A DNA stretch of 64,000 nt from Rotaria socialis (lineage: Eukaryota): the NCBI GenBank assembly GCA_905331295.1, contig CAJNYD010000003.1, positions 62,001 to 126,000 of the forward strand, given 5' to 3'. Positions 25,113 to 39,753 of this stretch are shown here, piece after piece. The notes beneath the pieces were generated by a model. That model saw only the letters and a program-made list of their open reading frames with translations, ran no database searches and was not told the DNA's origin. A program made the position numbers and the translations under genes. How positions within the stretch are numbered: position 1 is the first letter of the stretch; every line of letters starts with the position of its first letter.

Positions 25113-28100
25113 CGATTTGACCTGCAAACATAAAAAATACGTTGATTTTTCTTTCTTAGATGAAACAAAATAATAAATTCCACAACCTATTCAAAGTGTT
25201 CATCAAGATAGTTTTCGTCTATCATAATAATTTGATCTTTTGATGAGATTTGTCACCATTTTTGAGTAGAAATTATAAAACAGCTGGTGCATAGGATTAT
25301 AACTGATTTCTTTTTCTTTTTCTTTTCTTCTTCTTTCTTAATCAAAACGAATGTATGATGTACAATGGAAGATCTTTTTCTTTCTCATTAGAAAGGAAAA
25401 AATAGAATATTTGACATTGATTTTTTTTTCTCAGATCATACTCTACAAATATTTTTTTTTATCATAGAACGATAAAATGCTTTTTTTTATCCCAAGAAAA
25501 ATGAACGAAACATTAGGGGGAAAATAAGAACGATGTTTTCTTTATAATGATAAAAGAAAGAAAAGATTATTTCAATGTTAGTAAGTAAATGACGACCTTC
25601 ACTAGGACGTCTATAAATGAATCTCATATAAATCATTGACATAGTTTTTCTCTTTATTTGCTAAGATATTTAATCAGAAAATTTGATATATTTTATTTAT
25701 GGAACAAAAATCTGTTTTTTATTTCAATGATTGTCTTAGTCGATTTGAATTTCTTTTTATCGATGACATAATAACGTCCTTGAAGAGCTGGTGTACTCGT
25801 GCTTTTAACAAACGGCCTTGTTCGTTCTTCGTTTTTTTCTCATCGGCGCGTCATGCGCAAACAATTCTTGAGCTCAAGGCCAAGCGACGCGCCAGAGAAT
25901 AACATCGATTCATGTTCAAGGTTGCAGATAAGAAATTCATACAAGATCTCATTTTTTCAAAATCTTCTTTCTTTTTTTTATTAAAATTAAGTAACAGAAT
26001 TTCTTTTACTTACTTATTCGACGATGACTGAGTATAATTCGTTTTTTTCGGACTTGATTACACAAATTAAAAACTTTGGACGAAAAATGTTGAATATCGA
26101 TAAAATGATATGAAATAATATCTAATTACATTTATTAATCTAGAAAACAACGTGTCCAATATGTGAATCCAAGAATAGTTTTTGAGATACAAAATTTTGC
26201 TTGACCTTGTCATTCAAGGCCAGCAAAGCTCGACAACAACTACATAGGACGTATGAGCGTCGTCACTGCTAGCGGCTCGCAGACGCCGACAGTCCTTGAA
26301 CAAGAACGACAGCGGTGTTGGTGGTGGCAGTCAACGACAAAGAGGGAGAGAGGGAGAGAGAGACCGTCTTTTGGAGAAACAGCTTATTTTGCCTTTCTTC
26401 TCTCATTTTTTTTCTCTTTTCTATCAGCAGTGATGAAGGGAAAAGAAAAAAAGAAGCAAGGAAGGACTATATCGTTGCCTGACGCTCTATTTCTCTCTCT
26501 CTCTCTCTCTCTCTCATTCGGTATTGTCGTGTCGAGCTTGTTAGTGATGGTGACCAATATAGTGAGAGTAAAGAAGAATGGGTAAAAAACCTTTTTCTGT
26601 CTGCTATAGTACACGGGTGTGTAGCGAGAAACGACCTTGGAATGCATAACGAGTGGCTGCCGAAGGTCTCTTTGTTTGACGCAAAGAATCGTTGTTGACG
26701 CCGTTGATGAGGATGATACTCGATTACTCTACTCTCTTTCTTCATTCACATAGTCTTTTTTTCTTTTCTCTTTCATTCTACCGATGTGTCGATGGATGAG
26801 AAAGAAGAATGAAAAGAGAACGATCATCTGACACACTTGCCGTGTACACGAAAAGCTTCTTCATTGCTGCGAGATCACCATTTATGGCTATACTACTACT
26901 ACTATCATTTATTCAATACGAGTTTGAGCACTATTTGCTCTTTATTTCAATCACTATGAGTGACAATGCCAAAGAAAGAAAGAAAGAAAAATATCATTTC
27001 AAATTATTCATCAATTTTATATTTAAGGCTCTCATTGAACTGTATATAAAATATAAAATAAAATCTGTAGAATATCTATCGATTATTGAAATATTAATTT
27101 TTTTTAGCAGGAAAACATCAATTAGTTAACGTCAACTCTTAATTGATAGTTGAAGAAGTATATGAATACTTTTGAGACTTGATGATATTCCTCGATCGTA
27201 CTGCCTCCGAAATTTCGTTCTGAAAAAAATTTGCATTAAAATTTTAATTGTAAACTACAAAATATTATTTTTATAAAAATTTCATCTAATTATATTCTAC
27301 AATGTAAATATTTCCTCTGTTAAAAAGAATTGTGACCCTGATAAAGGCTCAGATAGAAACTTTTGATTTCTACATAGCAACGTATAATATGTTCAAACTT
27401 TAAACCAAAGGTTGTAGCAACACCGATTTTTCAAAGCATTGCGTACTTATTTCCAGACTAGTTCAATAATAATTTCATGTAGAAGCAACTTTTTAGATGA
27501 AAAAATTTCGTTTTGCAGTTAATATGAAGTAATTTTTGAAGTTAGTCAAAAGATTTTGATCAACATGATCTAACAATACCTGCTCTCTATAATTCACTAA
27601 TGCACACAACATCGAGTCACTTATTCGTATTTTCAATGAATTGATTGGTTTAGCTTAGGTTTTGTCGGAAGAATAAAAATCAAATTATAAGTTAAAATTT
27701 TTTCTCTTATTTAATTTTCATAATATTTATAAATGTCAATTATTCACATTTTTCATCAATGAATAGAGATAGTACTCTTCATTCAATTTTGATGAATAAT
27801 CAGAAATATAATTTGAAAGTTCTGCCAATTATTAAATAATCGAAAAATAAAAAAGGTTTATTTTTAGAAAACAAAAAATAATTAGCTTAATGTAGCAACT
27901 TAAAAAATTCTTAAATGATTGTGCTCCATACGATTCTATGCCTCCTATGAGAATTCTTTGAAAGCTTGAAATATTGAATACATTTTAGGATTTATCCATA
28001 ATTGTTATTAAAGTAAAATCCAACACAAAAAATGTTTTTTTAAACATACCATAGAGACAAAAATGTTTTTATTGGGAAAGAAATCATTGTTAAAAACAAT

Positions 28101-28148
28101 ATACAATAAAGTAAAACTCTCTTATTTATTTTTGGTTTGTTCAATAGA

Positions 28149-29155
28149 TTATCCACTAGTTTCTCCTGTTGAACGCTGTCGAATTATATTTGATTGTGTA
28201 AATAGTTGATATTCTTGATGAAGCTTTTTCGGAAGAATATTTACGTTGATTTTTCGTTGTGCAAGTAAAAATAAACATAATGTTCTTAATGTTGGAGCTA
28301 GAAAACAAGATATTATTGGCGAATATTAAACTGATAAATCTATACATACTAAAATCCAATACATAGAGATCACTTTGATCATAAAGTATTGTTCTACGAG
28401 CATCAACATCTTGCATTTCATGTGAATGGTTTGCAAACGTTGATGTTGATATTGGGCTTGTTCCGCCAAACATATACATTCGATCATCAATCACAAGACA
28501 ACATTGTCGTCGACGAGGAACAGGATTTGAAATACCATGAGGTTTTATACGACGCCATAATAATGTTAGTGGATTAAATTCATATAAACCATTAAAATGT
28601 AAACCCATTACATTATTATAACCACTAAACATATACAATTTTCCATGATGAACAACTAGAATATTACATTTAAAATAATCAAAAAAATATAATATATCGA
28701 AAAATGAAAACAAACAAGCTGAATGTGATCTTCTTCCACATGGTATTTCTCTATTTGCTGTAATCAATGACCATGAAGCATCGTCGGGATTAAAAACATA
28801 GAGACGATCATCATAAATATTTTGTGTTGTTTGTTGAGGTCCAATACGATCAAATCGTCCACCGAAAACATACATTTGACCATCTAATTATGTCGCTGAA
28901 TGAAAATCATGCCATTGAGGAACAACATCGCTGATCTTTAATCAAATAGTTTTATGATTAAAAAAATTAAAGAGTATATTCATAGAATTTAGATGATGTT
29001 CAAATCCGCCAAATGAATGCAGAATGATCATTTTTTCCACCGCATAAATAAAATCTTCTTTTATAAACAACAATTGTATATTCATAGGTTGAAAATGGTG
29101 GTTTGTTATATTGTGAATGATTTATTTGAAGTTTTGGTTATAAACACCGTCTTAA
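28149..29155 (-). pseudogene. KLHDC3: Kelch domain-containing protein 3-like pseudogene: intact 3' half, decayed 5' half
   Basis: PQWHDFHSAT*LDGQMYVFGGR with in-frame TAA at 28888-28890. Downstream PCGRRSHSA, PVPRRRQCC, DQSDLYVLDF|APTLRTLC. Upstream remnant PPFSTYEYTIVVYKRRFYLCGGKND is fused out of frame to FGGFEH and preceded by another stop. Introns retained. Confidence 0.8.
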
Positions 29156-29559
29156 TGTTTTTGAAGAGAGAGCATCGAATAAGTCCTTAAATATATTTAC
29201 GAATTAAATTATCTGCCAGTTTTTTTTCAATTCAATTTCAATTCGAGTTAAAAATTCATGTGAAGAAGTACCACAAATACGTACTTTTATATTGAAATAT
29301 TTCTCCATAGCATATTCAATAGATTCATTCAAGCAGAAATACTTTTTTTCATTCTGCTAAAACATTTTCTCATTTTTGGAGAAATGAGCAGATATTTAAA
29401 GGAATCTGCTATCGATTTATAATATAAAATAAAGAGAACTAAATAAATATTTTAATATGAACTACATTTTGAAAAATGTTTAAAACTTCTTTTTTGTTTT
29501 TAATTGACTGGCTGAGTCAAAATTTTAATCGAGTATCCACGTATAGTGTTGAAAAAAAT

Positions 29560-30672
29560 TCAATTTTTTATGATTTACATCTTGTTTGATAGAGCAATAT
29601 GAACACACTAGAATACATTATGGCTTATTGGTTTACTGGTAGCATATAGATCTTTGTGAACACTTCTGCAAAAAAAAGAACATTTTTATCTAACAACTTA
29701 TTATTTTTGTTTAAGTCTTTCAAAATTCTCTTTCAATATTTGGCAGTGATGAGCATGGCTACTATGGATCAATAAATATACTAAGAAAATGCAACGCCTG
29801 AGCAAAAGAAAAATATAATAATTGATGACAAATTATGCAAAGCTTTTATATGAAATGATGGAGAAAAGCTTGCAATCTTTAAACTTATTTTGCATTTTTC
29901 TCACATACGAACATTTCATTAAATAGCTCTTAGTGAAGTTCTGCATAAACTTCAAAATGAAGTCAAGTATCAATTCTTGCTGATGGTGATATTACATTGA
30001 CAGCAACAATCTGAATGCCTAAAGGTTAGAAAAAAAATTCTCTTGTTGTGTTAAGTTTTATGTAAACTATTTTTTTATCTTAGATAAAAGTCTTCAAATA
30101 ATAAATGAAGAAAAATTTGCAACTATTTTAGCATATTTACCATGCAGAAAATCGTATTCGATTTTGTTTAAATAGATTAACAATAGAATTAAAACGTCGT
30201 TATATCTAAGAAATCTTCGAACGATTTGAAAGTTTGCCAAGAACTTGCAATAAAAGAATTATGAAGCAGTTCAATTGGTCGCTTACGTATGTTTGATGAA
30301 CTCAATGCAATAATAACATTAAAAGTATGTCGGTTGTTAAAATATTTTTAATAATTCTTTTTTAAAGCGTAAATAAGGATAATAGTTCTATTGAATATCT
30401 CGATGCCTAATACCGGTTCGAAACGCCTATAAGCATATCTATCAAATAAAAATAATGATCCTCAGACAGCTGGAGTAAAAATAAAAAGAAGCGTAAAAAA
30501 TTACTTTCAAGTTCAATCATCAATTAAAGTTGATATACAAATTAAATCTCTAATGTTTACTGAACAATCATCGGCAACATTGTAAATAATTCCTTAATTG
30601 AATGCTTATAATGAACATCAATCGTTTTTTGACAAAAATTGGAACTTCACATTTCCACGATAGCACAAGTAA
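29560..30672 (+). pseudogene. Possible highly degenerate hAT transposase relic
   Basis: ~30625-30672 reads as FWQKIGTSHFPRLAQV (hAT dimerisation-like) only after correcting a stop and frameshifts. Upstream are scattered coding-like fragments with stops. Confidence 0.3.
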
Positions 30673-32739
30673 ATGTTTTTTTTATTAAATTCAATTTTAT
30701 TGTATTAGTATTTATGATTCAGAAAAAGTTCACTATATTTGAACCAAGTTTAAACTATAAAATGTAAATCGATTATGATTCTTTTCAATAATTAAACGAT
30801 TTTTTTAAACTTAAAATTTTAAATTAAACAATAAAAACTTATTTGTTCGATAGAAATTCTATCTCTTTCTAATTATATATAAGAAAGATTTGAAGAAATT
30901 ACTCATGTCAAACACATTATATGCTAATCCGACGGAAAGACAAATGTTTTACGCAGTAGTTTTTTGCAGTGCAATAATAGATTGTCTACAAAAGAAAACA
31001 GAGGGTACTATTGACTTCAATATAAAGTTCTACAAGAAACTAAAATGGAGAAAGAACTTGTAAAAACATGCAGATTAATATACAAGCCTACAAAAACCAT
31101 TATTAACCGAATAACTAGGACACCAGTTTAGATAAATATATCTTTCTTAGCGTATACCGTATCGTCTTTATAGATTTCAGAGACGATTCATCTAATCAGT
31201 AGAAAAAAATTCAATTATATATTAGATATTTAATAGATATCTATCGGAAATGTACCAAACTAAAAATATAGTTATGTTTCTACTACTTATGGGAATAATT
31301 ATTCACATAGATAAGAGATATTGAATGATGACCTCTATTTTCTTATTAAATTTACTAAATCTTTTTGTGAATTACGCCTTCAAGGCTATCCCAATAACAG
31401 CCAAAGCTATAGTAAAAATTTAAAGATTTAATAGAACTATTCTGTAGTTCGACCTGATTATTTAAGCATATGTAGGTGCAGATACAAATACTGATTCAGA
31501 AAACGTTTTGCTTTTAATACCTATAAGAAAACAAATCCTCGAATCTTGACTTTAACATTGCCTGAGTATGATTCAACTATTGTATGTAAATTTCCAAATA
31601 ATAAATCAGAATGAAGCACTCTCAAAATCTACTTAAAAATACAGCAGACAAACAACAACAATGATTAATGAATATCTATCATAATTAAATGAAATTAAGA
31701 AAAAAAGCTTTTGAATAGTGATTTTTTTAATTTTCTTGTCAAACGATTCACTTGAGAAAGAAAAGTGAATGCAGGAAAAAATTACATTTTGGAATTTTTT
31801 TCTAAATATTCTACATATAAGGACTTAATTTTTGCCTTCAATTCATTGTTATTAATTTTTTCGTCGATAAAATCAGCAATGGCACTATTTGCTTTCGACG
31901 ACAGTGCATTCGACAATTTATAATATTGAATACCTTTTGTTTCCCGTTGATCCTAGAACAATGTATAAAACGTCAATTGGTGAATATCGCAAACGGATAC
32001 TTCTATACTTATTAACTCAGGCAAGACGGAGTAATTTTTCCTAGAAATGGATCTCTCTAGTAGAGCACTTCAATATTTTGAGCAATGAAATTTTGTTTAT
32101 TTTTCCATAGCTGTGATCTTATTGATCCTTTTAGCGCAAGTGTGGGGAAAATCATAAAGAAGAATAACAGAGAGAAACAGAACAAAAGAAAAATAAGAAA
32201 AATTTTAATTCTCAACATTTCAAAAATCCCTTCTTAAAATTGTCTTTTTTTTTCAGTAGATTGATATGACATCTAGAAACAAAGAAAACTCTTACAGAGG
32301 ATGTTGATAGTGAAAGATCTTCAGCCATTATTTTCGCTCTTTATTTTATATTCCGCGTGGAGATTTGAATCAACGCTTTCAAGAAGATGCAATAAAATCA
32401 ATGGAAAAACACTTTTACTATAATTCAACGCTGCTGGTAAATGACAACTAACAATCGTTGTTCACAATGCTTTGCTACGATATTCATTGTTTCTTTCTTT
32501 GTTTCCTTCTCTTCATTCTGTTGAGCAGAACATAACATCCTTTTGATTCTCACTTCGATTGCTATTGGTCAATCTCCGCGTCGTTCAATGTTGCTGACCT
32601 TTTTTTATTCTTTTCTTCCTTATTTTTTTCTTGAGTTACTCATCTGTTGCAGCCTAATAAGTATAACCATTATGTTTTTTCCTATGTTCTATGATAAATT
32701 AGGTAATAGACTTCAGGAAATAAAAACAAATGAACAACA

Positions 32740-33080
32740 TATTGGAACGACGCAATCCGGACTTCATACCTGGATTAAAAACGGCCAGATTCTGGCTACG
32801 TATCTAGATCGGAAACTATTCATATTCCTTCGTTTCCCATCGTCAAAATGAAACGATCGGAAAAGTACTTCGGAATCCTGCAGTAAATGGAAACCATAGG
32901 AAACATTGTACGGAATCCTGTTGTAAACGGAAACCGTATCCGCTTATCGGTTCCGGAACCAAGAGTTAGCGGGAAATACCCTGGAAACGGAGACCGGAAA
33001 ACGCTTTGGAATACTGCTTCCGGAATTCGATGGAAAATCGCCGGATCAGACTGTTTCCCACCGTACGTATTTGACCTGGG
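32740..33080. mobile_element. GC-rich MITE-like element ending ...gtatttgacctggg
   Basis: Recurrent cggaa/ccgga motifs and terminus cctggg, like the element ending at 63831. The left terminus is not recognisable. Confidence 0.55.
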
Positions 33081-36000
33081 CTAATACCGTATTGGTATGA
33101 TAACATCCCTAACCAAATCTAAATCCAATTCCTGTCAACTCCAGTCAAATCCAGGAATTGGATTTGGTGCACCCCTAGACCTGAGTACAGGAGAGAGATA
33201 GACGAGAGACAGGAAAGATATATTATAACAACGGAAAGAGAACATAAGGAGGAAGAAGGAGAATCATCGAAGCGTGCCATCGATATCGACACACTCCTCT
33301 AATCAGAGACGTTTGATGGAATTGATACATGAATAATCTCAGAAAAAAAGAGAATACTGATTAATCCGCGATCAACCACTCTGATTTTTAGCGATTACAA
33401 TTGATCGATTTTCTTTTAAAAATCACGATAAAATCCGATTCTATCGGCGATTATTCACAATAATTCGATTTATCGCGATTTTACGTTCATTTTTCTGAAA
33501 ATCACCAAAATCAGGACGATTTTCACGACATGGGAAGCTTTTTAGATTCTTATGTGTCATTTTTGACGATTAGTATCAGGAATGTTCAATAGACAATGCA
33601 ACACGCATTGAACTAGAGTTTTGAAAATAATTTTGTTCTTTAAAATCCTCCTAAGGAAAAAAAGAAAAGAAGTTCAAGTTATTTTCTTTTGTAAATAATT
33701 ATTTCAGATTGCCAGAGACAGTTTTTGACGGAACACAAGTATGTTATTTTATGACAAGGGTTTCACCAGATTGATCAAATTGACTTCTAGGAAGAAAAGT
33801 AAGAGTTACTTGAAGATTGTTTGTCTACATGTCATCACGATCGGAGGAAGAAATTGTTGTTGAATATCGACGGTTACATTATTCTATACATGATGCTTTA
33901 TATGTTTTATCGTAATAAACGGGAATTTTCTTTGAGCTAAATCATTTGATAAAGTTTTATCCTTCTTTATAATTGGATATACAAAATGATCTTGATGATT
34001 GGCAGCTTAGTCAATCGTACGTGTCATCGCTCGTTTATATATTTACTATCGTATAGGTTGTATTATTTTTTTTACAAACTATTTACAACGAAAGTTGCAA
34101 CAATATTGCTAGATAGCCAAAAATCTTCGATCAAATAAATAGTATAAAATTATTTCTAAATGAAATGGTTTATTGAAGAATTAAGAATTTCTATTGACTA
34201 CTTGATAAAAATTATTCATTTTTACAGAAATACGTCGAAGATTTAGTGTAGACATTCGAACTTTGTTTTCAAAATATACTTATAGTGTCCAAGTAACAAA
34301 CAATATTGGGCTCACCTAATTTCTATGGTCATATGAGACCTACGTTCGCACTACACTTAGAGAAATGAAGAAAGAAAGAGTAAAATAGTAGTATTCATGA
34401 GTACAGTCGAGATAAATAGATTTAAATATATTTTTCAATCATTACAGCCTTTAGAAAACTAAGTCATATAGGTAGGTGAAATATATCGAAACATGTAGAA
34501 TGTTTGTCTAATATGCTAAAATGAGTCTGTTATGATTGTCGAACAAAAACTAGATATAGAAGGAGCCAATGTTTTTTTTCTGTCATATGCCAATCTTATT
34601 AAAAGACAGCTCCCGTTATAATATTGAGCCGACTAGAAAAAAAGTTTTCTCAAGAAAAATTCTAGCATTTTTCTAGATTACTCTTTATAAACTGAAAGAA
34701 AAAACATTGTTAAATAGTAGCTCACATTAATCGTTCATATTTTCTGTGTTAGACGATTTTCAATAAAACGTAAATAGAATCATTTGTTGTAATTTCGATT
34801 TCTATATGATTCTCACATTCGACGAGAATAGAATCAATTTGATTCTATTTGATTGCGATCATTACCTATAAACATTTTATAGTAGTCAAGCGAATTTTTT
34901 CATAATGTTTTTCTCTTTTATTAGTCTATTTATTATTGATTATTCTACAAGAATAGAAGATGTTTTTTCTTTTGATATTGCCTCTCGTTTTGAATAGAGT
35001 TTACAGTATCTATACTATTTTCTACTATCTTCTAATTATTATGAGGCAATACTCTTCACTCTTGATTCTTCAGAAGATAGAAAACTTCAAGAGCAAAGAC
35101 CAATGAACAACTCATATCATCATGATAATGATCGCTAAACTAGCTATTATATTTTGTTCAAAAACTCATTAGATAGTGTTTAGTTGTGCTTAACTACGAT
35201 AAAAGCCAGCTGTGATTTTATTTTAATTTTTATTCGATGAATGCAGTTCTATATGTAAGTTTGAATGTTTTGTTCTTCTACTTAGAGAATGTCACTAATC
35301 AAAAGCGACATGTGTCGATTAATAAATGCCTAGTATATGATGTTTTGTTCAAGTGGAATAAAAGATACAGAAAACTGTTAAAGTGATCAATAAAACTGTT
35401 GACTAAAGAGAAGCATAAAATTTGTTAATCAGTGTCTATTTCGTGGAAAGAATCACGCTCAAACAAAAAACAAAACTTGATCTCTCGTCTAGTTTAAATA
35501 TCAATCAATTCTATCGATGTTAATTCATTTTATTGATGATAATTCTTTTAAAATATATTCCGTTATTAAGGATATTTAAGCGATGAGTTAAATCCAAATT
35601 CAATTTCTTTTTTTTTGTTTATTTGCAGATAATTTTATAAAATAAAATGATAGCACAGTTGCTTTGAGATTGTTCTATAAGTTTAGTATGTATAACTAAT
35701 CTATTGGTATATGTTATCGTTAATCAATCTGTTTTGTCTTTAAATAAAAATATGAGTGAGAATATTTTGTCAGTTTTTTTTTGTTGTAGAAAATATTTTC
35801 TATCATAATCATAATAATAATTTATATTCATTTAAAAAGAATAATCGGAATAGTTACTTTTTCTTTTGTTTTATCTCCATTTTTTAATTAATTATAAAAA
35901 ATATTCAACGAGAAAGAAGCTGAATTAATATATTAGTGTTTTTTTTTCTTTCATTTCATATTAATTATTCTTTGTCTATCATTATTTTTGAGAAATTAAT

Positions 36001-36656
36001 TAAATATAGACTTCAAAACAAAAAAGAAAGGTTTTAATTAGACAGTTACTTGTTAAGAAAAAATATTTCTTATATTTGTGGTTTCATTGTTCTTTTTGTT
36101 CTTTGTAATAAATATGTTTCTCTTCTGTCTTTCATTTTCTTTTGTTTTCTCTGTTTTTTCTTATTATGCAGAAGTAAGAAATAGATGGTCATTCGAACCA
36201 TGTTTTCTTGCTATTATTTTGTCAATGAGAATAATTTCTGATACGGAAGATGTGGGATGTGACATCTTATTTATCGCGTTCCATTCATATATTCTTTAGT
36301 TGCGATACTAGAACCAGAGAAATATATATATTTGTATTCGTTCCTCGTCAAATGTGTTCGATAGTATACATTCGGTTCGTTGTATGCAATTATCCTATGT
36401 CGAATATCGAATAAGATTAAACCTTATTTGTCTGTTATTAAATTGGAACTCCATATAGCATGATCTATTTTTGTAATTGAGAAAAGTTAACAAAAAAAAA
36501 ACAAAGAAAATCTTTTGCCAAAAAATAGGTAAGTACAAAGCATTGAATTGAAATAGAAAAGTTAAAGATTTAATTAATCTCAGAATTGAATAGGTTTTTC
36601 AGAATGAAAAAAACAATTAAATTTTCTAGATTTAGTATTCATTACTTAAATTCAAA

Positions 36657-38649
36657 ATGACATCTGATAATGATATATATCGTTGGTATGCAGATGTAAT
36701 TGTTTATCGAGGATTTGGTCCATTAATAGCTTGTTTGGGTACGGTTGGTGGAATATTGTCTCTATTTGTTTTTCGTCGAAAATCGTTAAGAAAAAAATCT
36801 TGTTCAATTTATTTTTTTTACTTGGCATTAGCTGATCTTTTATGTATGATTTGTTGGCTTGTACATTTTGTTTTACCGACATATAATATTCATATTCTTA
36901 CTTTGTCGAATTTTTTCTGCAAAATATTTGTATTTGCCATGTATTTTGCTTTTGACTTAGCAAATTACATTCTTACTGTATGGTAAGTTGTTATTTTTTT
37001 TAATTCAATTTTGTTTATATTGTAAATTAGAAAGTACTACATTCGTAACGGCATATAAGTCATAATTTACAATATCTATTTTGTATAATCGAGCGGACAA
37101 TTACTTCATACGCTTCTCGTTATAAGTATCGAGCTTCTTGACACTCATTTAGATATGAATTGATGTATAATGAGAAGAAGAAAAAGAAAAAGAAAAAGAA
37201 AACGTTAACTATCATAGTGTGGCGATGGGAAGCAGGAAATATGTATGAGATCGGTTATGTTAGGAAAACATCAATTTAGAAAGATTAATATCTTGCTGCT
37301 GCATTCATAAACAATGTGTAGAAGGCAAATAACATTTCATAGCAAACTATTTTCGTATATAGTCAATGTTTTGGTACATACGGTTTATAGGATTGTAAAC
37401 AATCATACATCGTAGTGTCCTGATAAATCCTGAGGGGGACGTCCTTAACAAATAATTTTTTCGCTGGAATCTTGACAAGCGCTGCCATGTATGTAAACAA
37501 TATATAATAGAAATATAAGATCCATCTATAAATCTATTTATGATACAATGAAATAAAAAAAGCGACATAGATTATTTAGTTTTCGATCTGAAGTTTTAAA
37601 AATTTACAACTAACGATGCGCAATAGTATTTGAACTGTATTTTAAGTTTGATTTAAAAGAAAAATTGATCTAGATAAGATCTTTTTAATTAGATTTTTTG
37701 TTTTTGACAAAAAATCTTATTGATAGTTACGAAATTCCTTATTTGTTTTTATTTGGATGAAATTATGTTGTCATAAACTCATTTAGTTCGATCGATCGTG
37801 CGATCAGTGTATTATGTCCAATTCAAAGTCGTAAATTTTGTCGTGAACGAACAGCATATATAATAACATTTATATTAGTCATAATTCATACAATATTAAA
37901 TAGTCATTTGTTATATGGTTTTGTTGTTTTATCAGCAAGAACAATATCGACTCCTCCCATTCGAATATGTCACCATCGTGTTGATTCTGAAACGTATCGA
38001 AATTTTTTTTCTATGTATGATTCATACGTTGATGTTATTAAAACAAATGCTATTCCATTTATAATTATGTTTGTATGTAATGTAATAATAATAATACGTG
38101 TATGTCGATCAAAATCATTAATGAAATTCAATGGGAAAAATCGTTGTAGAAAAGCTAAAAAAAGAGTTGAAAAAGATCGCCAATTAACATTGATGTTACT
38201 TGGTTCAGCTATTGCATTTCTTGTTTTAACATTACCAACCGAAATAAACGATATTATCCGATCACATTCACAAGAAAAAGTTGTTACAGAAAAGGCATAT
38301 CTTCTATCTGCAGTACTTCTTTCACTTGCACATCTGAATTATGCCGTAAGATTTTATTTTATTTGAATGTTTTCTTTGTTAAATTTCAATTCAAAAATAA
38401 CTTTAGATTCATTTTTATATATATACATTAACCGGTGATGTATTTCGTCAACAATTACTTAAACTATGGTTAATTAATGCTGCATGGCCTTATATTGTAG
38501 CACTTCGCCGATGTAAATTGTCTCCTTTACCATTAACAAGTGAAACAACTATGAATCAACGAACTTCAGTTAGGAATAATCAAAGTACTCAAATGGATAT
38601 GTTACCTTTTTCAATAAAAATGAATGATGACAATGATAGTTTGACATAA
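36657..38649 (+). CDS. Class A (rhodopsin-like) GPCR, orphan peptide-receptor-like
   Basis: Exons 36657-36982, 37787-38345 and 38407-38649. Motifs YFFYLALADL (TM2), CK..LTVCSIDRAISVLCP (TM3), IPFIIM (TM5), FLVLTLP (TM6), LNYAIHFYIYTLTGDVFR (TM7/H8). Confidence 0.92.
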
Positions 38650-39455
38650 TTTTAAATAAAGATATTAATTTAACATTTACCTGAAACCTATGGTTCTTTT
38701 TAAAATTAATTCATACGCTAAAATACTTTTCTTTTTTGTCAATGGCAAGAAAATAACATTTATTTCGGAAACGAATTTATACTTTTTAGTAGACTCACAG
38801 AGAATAAGGGGAACCATAGAAGCGTTTAATAGAATGTTTGGATTACTCAAGAGAAATTTTGTCCTGAAACTTTCACACGACCATTTTTCATTACCGAGAA
38901 GATGTTTCATTGTGAGGCGTCACTCCGAGTGGGATTATAGTGTGTCCCTAATTAGTTTGTCTCATCTCCGAACTCTGTTTATTTAAAAGAAAAATTCGTT
39001 CTGAATTCACTTCAAGAGAACTGTATTCAATCCCGAAATAGATCCATAGAAGAATACACGAATTCCTCGGATTCTTCCCAATTCTACCGATGCCGACATC
39101 TTATTGGCCTATCTGTTTAAATAAATTTCATGATTATGAGCAAATAGTGACATTATTAATTACGGTAATTTTAATTGTCTTTTTCTTTGAATATTTCTTT
39201 ATTGTTCTAAACTTGGTAGACAACTTTTTTAACAAATACGTGCTCACCAGATGTTTCATCGTGTATAAAGAAGAACTGTTCAACTAAACATTTTATGAGA
39301 AAAAAAGAGAATGTTTTAGGTTTGTTGAATAGTTCAGCTTTGCACGTGAATGTGACCATAGAAATGATTTGGAAAGTATTTTTCTCTCGAAGAAAACAAC
39401 AGTTAAGGAATGCCGATCAGAAGAATTCGAAATCAACATTTTCCATATGGACCTA

Positions 39456-39753
39456 CGCAAGCAGACAAACATTTTGAATAACGTGTTTCAACACCCAATC
39501 GGGAGCCGCGATTGTGAGTCATTAACGCTGATTATACAAACGCAAGAAACGCGTGTTTTTCACAGAATTTTCACTTTCAGAGCATAAAAAATGGCTACAA
39601 ACTACAATTATGAGCGTTTAAACGCACAACTATTCTATAATTATAAAACCATGCGTTTAGACGCTCATAATTGTAGCGTATAGCCGTTCGTACGCTCTGA
39701 AAGTAAAAATTCTGTGAAAAACACGAGTTATCCAAAATATTTGTCTGCTTGGG
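39456..39753. mobile_element. Palindromic MITE with TA target duplication and an insertion in the left arm
   Basis: ta|cgcaagcagacaaacattttgaataa pairs with ttatccaaaatatttgtctgcttggg|ta. 39552-39625 is inverted against 39652-39725. Confidence 0.85.

Noticed and set aside
26253..27129. Several overlapping ORFs
   Set aside because: Low-complexity GA/CT microsatellite translations, more likely promoter or UTR sequence.
32543..33084. Two ORFs
   Set aside because: They overlap a MITE-like repeat and show no protein motifs.
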